Shown: positions 27,321 through 38,167 of the stretch, one piece after another
How the letters are laid out: every line of letters begins with the position of its first letter
Position numbering within the stretch: the stretch's first letter is position 1
Assembly (NCBI GenBank): GCA_951804945.1
Contig: OX638157.1
Coordinates: 17,546,001 to 17,610,000, forward strand
DNA from: Podarcis cretensis
Lineage: Eukaryota
Direction of reading: 5' to 3'
DNA length: 64,000 nt
The notes under the pieces: generated by a model
Database searches by the model: none
Seen by the model: the letters and a program-made list of their open reading frames with translations, nothing else
Told to the model about the DNA's origin: nothing
Made by a program: the position numbers and the translations under genes

Positions 27321-27455
27321 CAGTGTTTCCCAACTTGGGCCTCCAGCTGTTTTTGAACTACAACTCCCATCATCCCTGACTAGCAAGACCAGTGGCAAGG
27401 GATGATGGGAATTGTAGTCCAAAAACAGCTGGAGGCCCAAGGTTGGGAAACACTG
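27321..27455. mobile_element. Palindromic hAT-Charlie/URR1-like MITE (135 bp)
   Basis: Near-perfect fold-back with CAGTGTTTCCCAAC TIRs. Perfect 8-bp TSD CTTTAAAC. Confidence 0.92.
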
Positions 27456-28204
27456 CTTTAAACTAAAGTTAAAGACAGATTAGCTTTATGGACAACTGCC
27501 AGTTGCATGTGCCAGACTTATCTTTGGTAATTCTGATCTCAAAGAATTGGGGTTCAGCCATTTTCTCCTGGCTTCCTTACTAGCATTTTAAAGATACAAT
27601 TAAGGGAGAAGTTATGCCTTCTGAATCAGTCTTGGCACAGCTACTTTCCTGGAATTTGCCTCTGTGGAAAGAAGCAAAGACCCATATATTCAAGTTGTTG
27701 CCCAGGGCACAATAGGGATGGATATGCTGCCACAGATCACGTTGCAAGTTAATTAAGTAGGCCCTCTGAGGCTGGGGTTGTTTAGCCAATTAATAAGTGT
27801 GAAGCATAGTGTGAGTCTGTCTAGAATCATTTTAATACAATACAGAGCCAGGAACCATCACCAGAACATGCTTCTTTGAATGAATACGTTATAGAATGCA
27901 TTTTTTATTTAGGCTTAAACCTCCTGAGCCCTTCACTGTTCCTTGTCACCTTTGGCCTAAAGCAGTGCCTGAGGATCTGTGAAAACTGTACAAAATTTAA
28001 CATGAGTGTTTGAGATACTTGCAATATGCAGGGAATTTGTTTCCTGAGTGGCCTGTTGTGAGAGGCATATGGAGATAAAGATAATCAGACAAGTCCACTA
28101 CAGGAATCCTCCCACTTATGCGGGGCTTACATTCTGGGGCCCCATGCACATAAGTGAAATTGTGTGAAGTGGAGAGCACCCTCTAAAAAGCCTATTTTCC
28201 CCTG

Positions 28205-28245
<41 letters not shown>

Positions 28246-28660
28246 CAGAGCTTACTGCAGAATTCAGGTCTTTGAACTGGAGCACGGATGTCCTACTTCT
28301 TGTTTTCCTCTCAGAACAGAATAGCATCATCTAGGCTGAGGAAATCAGGTGACACCAGCACGTCAATCTTATTTCACTATCTGTTATAAAGTTCCCAGAT
28401 CTACCGCATCCTCTAATTCTGTGCAGTTTGTGTTGCCAGAATACTGGGTGCCTGCCACAATGTACATAAGACTCTGCAGTGTGCATAAGACTCAGACTAT
28501 TTGTCTGTTTGGCCTAGTATTTTCTATATTAACTGGCCATGGCTCACCCGTCTGCCAGAAAGAAGTTACAGATAGGTAGCCGTGTTGGTCTGCCATAGTC
28601 AAAACAAAATAAAAAAATTCCTTCCAGTAGCACCTTAAAGACCAACTAAGTTAGTTCTTG

Positions 28661-28698
28661 GTATGAGCTTTCGTGTGCATGCACACTTCTTCAGATAC
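28661..28698 (-). ncRNA. Minimal type I hammerhead ribozyme motif
   Basis: GUAU-CUGAAGA-A-GUGUGC(AU)GCACAC-GAAA-GC-UC^AUAC: conserved core, stem II and stem I (GUAU/AUAC). Activity is not shown. Confidence 0.7.
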
Positions 28699-28914
28699 AC
28701 TGAAACAGAAGTCACTAGGCCCTTCTATATAGTGAGAAGGTGGGGAGGGGTATTACTCAGAAGGGTGGTGGGATTGGGTGATTCGCAGATAGCTGTGTTG
28801 AGTGTTGAGGCTCATCACAGCTATCTGCCAATCACCCAATCCCACCACCCTTCTGAGTAATAGCCCTCCCCACCTTCTCACTATATAGAAGGGTCTGGTG
28901 ACTTCTGTTTCAGT

Positions 28915-28952
28915 GTATCTGAAGAAGTGTGCATGCACATGAAAGCTCATAC
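28915..28952 (+). ncRNA. Minimal type I hammerhead ribozyme motif
   Basis: gtat ctgaaga a gtgtgc at gcacat gaaa gctc atac, with one G-U pair in stem II. Confidence 0.65.
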
Positions 28953-30260
28953 CAAGAACTAACTTAGTTGGTCTTTAAGGTGCTACTGGAAGGAATTTTT
29001 TTCTTTTGTTTTGCCAGAAAGAAGTCTTCTCTGTCACTTGCTGCTGCCTGATCCTTGCAACTAGAGATGCCAGAGTTCAAACCTGGAACGTTTTGCATGC
29101 AAAACTTATGTTCTTTCATTGAGCCATTGTACTTGCTTGTCCTTGGACCCGCACAACTCATATTTGACTTCCAGGGGCAAGCTACTGTTCTCTTAGCCTC
29201 ACACCCTCCTCCCATCTGCAGTATTGGGCTAACCCAGCCCTCTCTTATGAAGTTATTGTTAATGATTGCTAATGTACATGGAGTGCTTTGAAGGCACAAT
29301 AAAGTGTTGCAGTAATACATAGTTGCTATTTACTGAAATAAGGGAAAGGAGGAAGAGAAAAGCACACTGAAGACTGGTCATTAAGAGTTAGTTTGACACC
29401 GCTTTGAGTAGGAAGGATTCAAGGACAATGCTTGATACCAGTCTTGCATGCTCCTTGCAATCATGTGGTATCTTCACATTTATATATAAGTTGCTTTTTG
29501 TGTGTAATCACTGGAATCAGTTACATGTGGTCTTGGGGCAGATAAGGAAGAGAGGAGGATGAGTTGTTGTAAACAAGCATGTAATGTCCTACTTTAGGTA
29601 CAGCTGTTTAGAGAGTAGGCATGGACCATGCATACAGAAAGCACAGATCTCAGCTGTTCTTGTCAAGTAGGCAGTTCAGCTCTACTGGCCTTGGATTGAT
29701 GAATATTTGGTAAGGCTCCTCTGTATGCACACTGTCTTTATTCTTCTTAGTAACATGAAATCCTTTCTGTGAGAAAGACTGAGTGAATAAACTATGGAGA
29801 TTCAGCATGGATAAACCTGTCCAACTATGTTGCTTACTGAGATAATGGTCTATCTCCACTGTCTACTTGTGGTGGCTTTTGTGTTTCAAGTATTAATAGT
29901 GAGGGCACATAGAAAGGCAGCTTTTGCGATTTCACTGTCTCCACTGGTTCTTCTAAACTGATATTGCTATTAATATAACATTTGAGAGAGAAGTGTAGAC
30001 ATCCATTGGGTAATATTTTCTTTATATTTTATTTCCCTCCCATAATTAGATTGGGAATTATTGTTAACTGCAGATTAAGAAGTTCAGTAGATCATAAATA
30101 TAAAAAAGTGCAAAGAAGAAAGAAAATTGCGTGCTAATATTCTGGGATGGATGTTACACTAAATTTGCAACACATTAAATGTGCAACACAGGAAACTGAA
30201 TTCTGCAATAAGGTTAGTTCATGCAGATTATTTTACAATGGATTGCTTTGATTAGTTTAA

Positions 30261-30673
30261 TGTTAAGTAAACGTCCAGTGCGCTTCCAACGCCATAAGTC
30301 TTATCTCAGCAGAGAATTTCGTGCAGCGGCTGAAGGAGGCAGGAGAGTCAGTACCTTTCAATGAAGAATCCTGGAGCAAGCACTTTGGAACTCAGGAAAA
30401 AACTTTATTCACAAAAGCAAAACCCTGGCGATAAAGCACACATGCTTTTATCTCTGGCATAAAGAAAACCTTTACTCTAAACTTAACTCATATCAGCAAA
30501 CACGCCCACGGCCACAAACTGAGTCTGCGAGTCAGGTCAAGGGGGGAAGAGGGAGAGAAACAAGGGTGAACTGACTCTTTATACAAACTAACTCACATTC
30601 CTGGATGCTTAATGACTTCCAGCTGCTCAGTGATTAGAGCGACTTGTTACCTCTTAACCCTTTAGTACCAACA
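30261..30673 (-). mobile_element. Solo LTR (413 bp)
   Basis: TGTT...AACA termini. On the minus strand TATAAA (~30580) precedes AATAAA (~30405). Flanks tttaa/attca match only 3/5. Confidence 0.6.
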
Positions 30674-32844
30674 ATTCAGGGTAGAATCACTTCTTCCAGA
30701 AACTGCAGTATTTTGCCACAGAAATCAGGGGAGGAGGGAAGCCATGAATTTTGAGAGAGGTGGTAGGATACCGTTAGCAACTTTCTTCTTCAAAAGTAGT
30801 GTCTCCTGTAGATGGGGCTGGAGCCAGGTGGATCAAAGGCAGAATATGAAATGTCAAGGAGAGAGCAATGGCATACCATAATGGTCTCTGACACCACATG
30901 CTCTCCCCTTTTTCTGAGACGCTTTTGAGAAGACCTGGAAATATGGAGCCAATTACCAAGCAAGCTGGGAGGAGCTCTCACATCACTAAATATAAGCCAC
31001 ACTCTGCAGTGAGTGACACATACCATGCTGAAAATTTGGCTTCCATTTCACTTCATACTGTGAAAAGCTTCATCCTCACATACTGTGATTTCTGACCTTG
31101 GCCTCTAAGTAATTTCAGTGAGAAAAAGCTTATAGCTTTCTCAGATAGAGAGAAAAGAATATACATTTATGGGTCACTTGAAAAGCCCAAAATCTACTGA
31201 GAGTGCCACAAATCTCCCTGATGCCCCTTCATCCTAAATTTTACATTGGATTTCTGAATTGGCTGAAGGGTGTTGTTACACTCTATAGATTCCAACAGGC
31301 TTTCCTTGCCACATGCAGAAGTAGCTTGGGAACAGAAGTGGTTTCTGCTTGGGTCAATTGCAATTTATGCTTCTTGATTTTCTGTCACATCAGGCTCTTG
31401 CAGAATGTAGAGGATGAAGAATATTGTTTATTGCTCGCTCCCTCCCTCTTCAAACTTTCTGAAGAAAATAATTTCACTACCTGAGTGGTGAAAGACGACC
31501 AATTTAAAAATAAAAATGACAGACTGGGCAGCCCTCATTTCTCTTGCTACAGAAAACTTGCAGAGCAAAATGGGAATACACCTCAGGAATACACCTAGCA
31601 TAAAGAAAAGTGGCTTGTTATTCATGAACACCTTTGGAAAATTGAGGACAGTTGCAAGGCATGGCTATTATTTTATTTATTTTTATATCCGACAACAAAA
31701 TTGATGCACAGTTCGTAGCATAATATAACAAATGGGATGATTGTGAGTTTATACCTCTGTAAATGCCAGGATCTGGCATCAGCACTAGTCAGCAGAAAAT
31801 GCTCCAAAGTCTCTGTGAAGAGACGTTACATAACTTATACCTAATGAATTTAAGATGTTTTCATCCTGGGCCAGAAAATCCAAATGGTGCCCTATAGAAC
31901 TAAACATATACGTGGAAGCCTAGTTATTATGTTGGATTTGGATGGAAGCCTAGAAACAATGAGTATGATCGAGTCAAATTTAAGCACCTTTGGGTATCGT
32001 GAGCTGAAAATATACCCCTTCACCATGACGTCATGCGGAGGCTGCAGTGTTGGAAGGCAGTTGGGCGAATTTGGTTGAGCAATGAGCATGAATGGCGTGT
32101 GGGTGGCAATTATGCTGCTGGTTGTGGTTGATGCCATTCATTATGAGTTTAACCAAAAGCATGTATTCTGGAATCTTATTGACGGTTGAGAACACAAACA
32201 CCCATGGAACCACAAAATGATGTTCTCTTCAAACCTAAATTTTTTTGAAAGCAACTTTCATCTCAGCTCTACTTTTACACCCTGTTAACTTTAATCAGAA
32301 GTTCAGTCTGTGCTTCAGTGTGCCCTTTTGAAATAATTGTGGGTAAAGTGTTTTCCTTTGGCTGGCTGTACACCACGTTTACTTACATAGCATTGATGTA
32401 ATTCCAGTTTAATTTACTATGGATAGGCTGTACCTTAAGAATTTTTTTCGTAATGCTACTTGGTATTACCTTGCCAAGTTGCTGCTTGGAGAAATGTTTA
32501 AATTGGAAAGCACAAATATATCTACAAGTAACGGGAAAAGCTAAACAGGGGCTGGTGGCTTTCTGATAATAATAATTTGTCTGAAGCAAATATGTTATCC
32601 CCAAAGTGTCTGGAACTTAGGTAAGCTTTTTATCTAAGTTGTGGAGCAGTCTGAAGTCAGCAAAAGTCATAATTCCTTTTTAATTTCATGTCAGACTTCT
32701 GATTCCCCCCCCCATTTGTGTACTGTATAGCACTGCATCAGTTCATCACTATTGTGACATCATAACCAAATAAGGCACACGCAGTGTGGTGCTCTTTATA
32801 GACTTTGAATTGGAACCAAACCTGGTTTACTAGAGCACTTCTTA

Positions 32845-32874
32845 GATATTGATATTGATATTGATATTGATATT
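32845..32874. repeat. (GATATT)5 microsatellite
   Basis: Directly visible. Confidence 0.95.
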
Positions 32875-33368
32875 CTGTTATTAAAATATTAGTATCCCAC
32901 TAACTCACATATAATAATACCAGGGCACATTTATTATTAATATAGAACAATGTCCATAAAGCAACAATATCTTCCTGAGCTCTGATTTCTAACCCATCCA
33001 GCCAATCAACTATTATATTCTGCTTGCATACCAAGATTCCCAAAGTCTCCATTGCTCCCTCAGCCAAAGGAGACTTAAAGAGTTTTTCCCAACTTCTCAT
33101 TGCTCAGGTAGAGATGGACAAATCGGACAATTGTAGTTTCTCTCAGCCTCACATTTCCCCAAAGTTTAGTTTACCACATTTCCTCAGACATTTTCAATTT
33201 TTAAAAAGTCAGCAGGAAAACTCACATGCATTTTTATGTTCACTTCTCCTGATGCATACACTTTTGCAAAGCATTTCCCTATAGCAGAATGCATTTTGAA
33301 CACTATTTTTATACACATACACATTACCTACCTACCTGCCTACCTATCATCCTATCACCTACCTGGTA

Positions 33369-33596
33369 CAGTGGTACCTCAGGTTACAGACACTTCAGGT
33401 TACAGATGCTTCAGGTTACAGACTCTGCTAACCCAGAAATAGTACTTCGGGTTAAGAACTTTGCTTCAGGATGAGAACAGAAATCGCACGGCAGCGGCAG
33501 GCCCCATTAGCTAAAGTGGTACCTTAGGTTAAGAACAGTTTCAGGTTAAGAACAGACCTCCAGAATGAATTAAGTTCTTAGCCTGAGGTACCACTG
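33369..33596. mobile_element. Tc1/mariner (Tigger-like) MITE, opposite orientation to 17975
   Basis: CAGTGGTACCTCAGG TIRs and TA TSDs. Inserted in a (TACC)/(TATC) microsatellite. Confidence 0.9.
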
Positions 33597-33797
33597 TATC
33601 TATCTATCATCTATTTATCTACCTATCATCTTTTTCAGTGCACTTACAGTACATTGAAAAGATTGGAGAGGTACAAACTTAAATTTTCATTAAAATGCAC
33701 ACAGGGCAATTATATTCCCCAGCCCTACTTAGAAGTTGGAGTGCCCAACAGCAGAATTCAGCTGCTCAGCTCAGTAGCATCTTGTACTTGGTGGTTT

Positions 33798-34012
33798 GTC
33801 AAAACAAAAGAAAAAAAATTCCTTCCAGTAGCACCTTAAAGACCAACTAAGTTAGTTCTTGGTATGAGCTTTCGTGTGCATGCACACTTCTTCAGATACA
33901 CAGTGTGCATGCACACAAAAGCTCATACCAAGAACTAACTTAGTTGGTCTTTAAGGTGCTACTGGAAGGAATTTTTTTCTTTTGTTTTGACTATGGCAGA
34001 CCAACACGGCTA
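33798..34012. mobile_element. Penelope-like fold-back (about 90-bp arms)
   Basis: Same family as 28567. Arms 33798-33887 and 33902-33991, plus the tail tatggcagaccaacacggcta. Confidence 0.85.
33862..33899 (-). ncRNA. Minimal hammerhead ribozyme motif
   Basis: Identical to the 28661-28698 motif. The partner arm lacks CUGANGA and has AAAA in place of GAAA. Confidence 0.7.
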
Positions 34013-34372
34013 AAAAGGTAAAGGTACCCCTGCCCGTACGGGCCAGTCTTGCCAGACTCTGGGGTTGGTGCGCCCATCTCACTCAAGAGGCCGGGGGCCA
34101 GCGCTGTCCGGAGACACTTCCGGGTCACGTGGCCAGCGTGACACCGCTGCTCTGGCGAGCCAGAGCTGCACACGGAAACGCCGTTTACCTTCCCGCTGGT
34201 AAGCGGTCCCTATTTATCTACTTGCACCCGGAGGTGCTTTCAAACTGCTAGGTTGGCAGGCGCTGGGACCGAACGACGGGAGCGCACCCTGCCGCAGGGA
34301 TTCGAACCGCCGACCTTTCGATCGGCAAGCCCTAGGCACTGAGGCTTTTACCCACAGCGCCACCTGCGTCCC
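34013..34372 (-). mobile_element. Full-length Sauria SINE (distinct subfamily)
   Basis: Minus strand starts GGGACGCAGGTGGCGCTGTGGG, has B box GGTTCGAATCC and ends ggggtacctttacctttt. CpGs are largely retained. Confidence 0.92.
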
Positions 34373-34514
34373 AGAGTCCAATGCAAGCATTTTTGTTTGT
34401 TTAAAAAATAAAACTTTGTTAACATGTGGCAGACTGAAACCCCTTAACCCAATTTCATGTAAAAGTCAATGAGGGAAATAAACCTTTGAATTTTTTTTTA
34501 ATGCAATTATTTAT

Positions 34515-34600
34515 AAAATCCTATGCACGTTTACTCAAAAGTCAGTCCCATTTAGGTCTGTGGGGTTTGCTCCTAGTTAAATGTGCATAAGATTGCAGCT
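34515..34600. mobile_element. Short (~90 bp) degenerate palindromic MITE
   Basis: aatcctatgcacgtttactcaaaagtcagtccc..gtgcataagattgcagc. Relatives appear near 3230, 13445, 14745 and 46930. Confidence 0.5.
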
Positions 34601-35556
34601 GTAGGTGTCAAATGGGAAAAAAAGCTGTAGGTGTCAAATCTCCACCCAAATTCTTTGAAAAAGGAAACCCTATTTTGTCCACACATACTTGCCATTTTAC
34701 TCCAAAATGTCAATGCTTTTTAAAATAAATATTCATAAGTTGTTTGCTCTGAGCACAGAACTTCACCATTTTCAGTTTTCAAAAGCTACCTGTCATTTTC
34801 AATGGGAGAAATCAAAATTTCACGAACACTTCCAAAATATCACATTTTACATATGAATATAAAATGTTTGGGAGGCACACTTCATAATGGATTTCTTTAG
34901 AGATATGTTACCTTAAGAAATGTTAGAACTGGCTTGTCTTAATATATAAGAATTGGGGAGGGAGAGTCTATCTTGCAAGAATAATTTGTTATTGATTTCC
35001 CTCTGCTTCTGACATTTTAGCCTGATGTAAAAGATAAGATGTTATGGTCAGATTAGCTTTTTCATGAACCAGACTTCATATCTAAAGAAACCACAGAAAG
35101 TTTGTCTGAATGTCATCAAAATTGTTCATCCAGGAGCTAGAACAAAAAAAATGTCTATTTGACTTCTCAATTTTCCTGTTGCTAAAAAAGCAATACGCTA
35201 ACAAAAAGCATGCTTTCCCCTCTAAACCAAGAAGCATGTTTAAACAATCAAAAAAGTAGCCTCTGCCTACCCATGTTTTAAACGGTTACCCTGTGGAGCC
35301 CCCACCCCACTATCCTCAACAGGGATAGACAGAGGGAAGAACTGTCCTGTTCTATCTTCTTTAGGGATTTAAGATGGCTAAACCCATTTTAGTTATGCCT
35401 TCTAAACACTTCTGAAAAAGATGTACAAATCTCAGGGTACCTGAGACTGATTGAAAGGCATGTGCCTATTGCGTCCTCCCCACGCCATGCCACAGGCACC
35501 CCCTCAAAAAATGTGCATGGGGCCATCACCCTGGCAGTCCCCCCCAATGATATGCC

Positions 35557-35991
35557 CAGTGGCGTAGCATGGGGGTGCAGGGGGGGCCAGCCGCACCGGG
35601 CACAACATTTGGGGGGGCGCGCTCACACTCGCAGCTCTCTGCCCCTACCTGGCTCACTCACTCTCTCTCACTGCAGTGCTGGCTGTGCGAATCCGATCCG
35701 AGCTGCCGGGTCACCGCCCACTGTGGAGGGGGAGGGTGCCAGGCATGCGTTGCGGTGCGGAGCGGAGAGAGAGCGAGGGAGGGACTATCTGGGGGAGGGA
35801 CAGTGCAGCGGCTGCCCAGCGCAGCGCTGAGCGCGGGAGAGAACCACACCCAGCCAGCCCAGGCAGCAGCAAGAAGCTGGAAGCGGCGGCAGGTTAGGGG
35901 TTAGGGGCGCGAATTACTTGCCTTGCCCCGGGTTAGGGGGCGCAAATTACTTGCCTTGCCCCGGGTGCTGACAATCCACGCTATGCCGCTG
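35557..35991. mobile_element. GC-rich non-autonomous hAT element (435 bp)
   Basis: TIRs CAGTGGCGTAGCATGG / CCACGCTATGCCGCTG. Perfect 8-bp TSD GATATGCC. Internal tandem duplication ggttaggggcgcgaattacttgccttgccccggg. Confidence 0.9.
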
Positions 35992-36474
35992 GATATGCCC
36001 CTACACAGGGACTGTAAATGTGAGCAATGGATAAAACTAGTTACTGGTTGTCTTGGATCTTGGAAGTAGAGACTTGGCAAAGATGTCAATCATGCTCTGA
36101 ACTGTTGGGACTTTGGGGTGCACAGATTCTTCCTTGTGATTGTTATTCTTCTGTTGTTCCAGCATAACTCATTACATTAGTATTTTATTGAAAACTGCCT
36201 TAAATTTCTTAACACCCTTGGGAGAGGAAGCAAAACAGGGTTAGTGTTCTAGGTCAATGCAGCTCCTGAACCTTCACTGGATCTTACATGAAGAAAATGC
36301 CTGTAGGTTAACCTTACTCTGTATTCAAGGAGATAATATGGAAATACTGTGCCTGTTGCTCTGTGGATATTTGAAACATTCTTGAGCTAAATCATAGGGA
36401 TTTGGGCAGAAGTACTTACTCCTTCAGATCCAGTGCAAATATCCAAAGGAACCAACTCTACACCAGCCCACACT

Positions 36475-37099
36475 GGGCTCACCCACACTTCCACTTGTCT
36501 TGTGCCTAGAAAGCATGGGTCTGAGTGGGTTTTCTGCTTGTCCCATAGTTTCTAGGCATGGGTCAAAGAGGTTTTACATTTGCTCCAAAGCTTTCCCATG
36601 GAAAACATGCTCCTTACCACTGAATCAGGGACGCAGGTGGCACTGTGGGTTAAACCACAGAGCCTAGGACTTGCTGTTCAGAAGATCGGCGGTTCTAATC
36701 CCGCGACGGGGTGAGCTCCCATTGCTCAGTCCCTGCTCCTGCCAACCTAGCAGTTTGAAAGCACGTCAAAGTGCAAGTAGATAAATAGGTACCACTCCGG
36801 TGGGAAGGTAAACGGCGTTTCCGTGTGCTGCTCTGGTTCGCCAGAAGTGGCTTAGTCATGCTGGCCACATGACCTGGAAGCTGCACACCGGCTCCCTCGG
36901 CTGGTAAAGCGAGATGAGCTCCGCAACCCCAGAGTCGTCCATGACTGGACCTAACGGTCAGGGGTCCCTTTACCTTACCACTGAATCAGAGCAAACAGCA
37001 CTCTGCGGAATACCCAATTGCTGTTTGGTCTGATTCAGCAGTAAACCATGGGTTTTCCCAGGGAAGAGTGGTGGGGCAAATGGAGGTGTGGGCAAGCCC
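36475..37099. mobile_element. PIF/Harbinger-like MITE interrupted by a Sauria SINE
   Basis: TIRs GGGCTCACCCACACTTCCA / TGGAGGTGTGGGCAAGCCC. Related to 55988-56196. Confidence 0.65.
36628..36972 (+). mobile_element. Full-length Sauria SINE
   Basis: tRNA-like head, core and ACCTT tail. 16-bp TSD CCTTACCACTGAATCA (36612-36627, 36973-36988). Confidence 0.95.
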
Positions 37100-37266
37100 T
37101 ATGTTCAACTGCTACAACTGTAAAATAGTGGAGAACATTCTCTTGGTCCATGCACCCTGTGAGCTAGACCTTTAGCTTTCTTTCATGGCTTTCCCTCTGC
37201 CTGCTTTTGTTAACATAGTCTCATTTTGTTTTGCACATTCTTTCCATGTGAAGCATTTCTGGACTC

Positions 37267-38167
37267 AAGGGCATCCTGATCAAATTTGCAGATGACACCA
37301 AACTGGGAGGGGTGGCTAACACCCCAGAGGACAGGATCACACTTCAAAACGACCTTGACAGATTAGAGAACTGGGCCAAAACAAACAAGATGAATTTTAA
37401 CAGGGAGAAATGTAAAGTATTGCACTTGGGCAAAAAAAATGAGAGGCACAAATACAAGATGGGTGACACCTGGCTTGAGAGCAGTACATGTGAAAAGGAT
37501 CTAGGAGTCTTGGTTGACCAGAAACTTGACATGAGCCAACAGTGTGACGCGGCAGCTAAAAAAAACAATGCAATTCTGGGCTGCATCAATAGGAGTATAG
37601 CATCTAGATCAAGGGAAGTAATAGCGCCATTGTATTCTGCTCTGGTCAGACCTCACCTGGAGTACTGTGTCCAGTTCTGGGCACCACAGTTCAAGAAGGA
37701 CACTGAGAAACTGGAACGTGTCCAGAGGAGGGCAACCAAAATGGTCAAAGGCCTGGAAACGATGCCTTATAAGGAACGGCTAAGGGAGCTGGGCATGTTT
37801 AGCCTGGAGAAGAGGAGGTTAAGGGGTGATATGATAGCCGTGTTCAAATATATAAAAGGATGTCACATAGAGGAGGGAGAAAGGTTGTTTTCTGCTGCTC
37901 CAGAGAAGCGGACACGGAGCAATGGTTCCAAACTACAAGAAAGAAGATTCCACCTAAACATTAGGAAGAACTTCCTGACAGTAAGAGCTGTTCGACAGTG
38001 GAATTTGCTGCCAAGGAGTGTGGTGGAGTCTCCTTCTTTAGAGGTCTTTAAGCAGAGGCTTGACAACCATATGTCAGGAGTGCTCTGATGGTGTTTCCTG
38101 CTTGGCAGGGGGTTGGACTCGGTGGCCCTTGTGGTCTCTTCCAACTCTATGATTCTATGATTCTATG
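37267..38167 (+). mobile_element. CR1 LINE, 5' truncated, young
   Basis: Starts just before KFADDTKL. Open frame 37312-38088 (LVRPHLEYCVQFW, LERVQRRAT, RRLRGDMI). The 3' UTR ends in (ATTCTATG)n. Confidence 0.97.

Larger units (their letters stand above)
28567..29011. mobile_element. Penelope-like element, inverted pseudo-LTR fold-back
   Basis: 203-bp inverted arms (28600-28802, 28811-29013) with an 8-nt spacer. 14-bp flanking duplication TGCCAGAAAGAAGT (28553-28566, 29012-29025). Typical squamate Penelope end (ggtagccgtgttggtc..gtagcaccttaaagaccaac). Confidence 0.88.
28460..29130 (-). mobile_element. Squam3-like tRNA-derived SINE split by the Penelope insertion
   Basis: Head on minus at 29060-29130 (tggctcaatg..tttgcatgcaaaacgttccaggtttga..ctggcatctc). 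The 3' part is at 28460-28566. Confidence 0.6.

Noticed and set aside
33902-33928. Fourth hammerhead ribozyme
   Set aside because: Lacks the CUGANGA box and has AAAA in place of GAAA.
35557-35991. CpG-island promoter of a host gene
   Set aside because: The GC-rich stretch is exactly bounded by hAT TIRs and a TSD.
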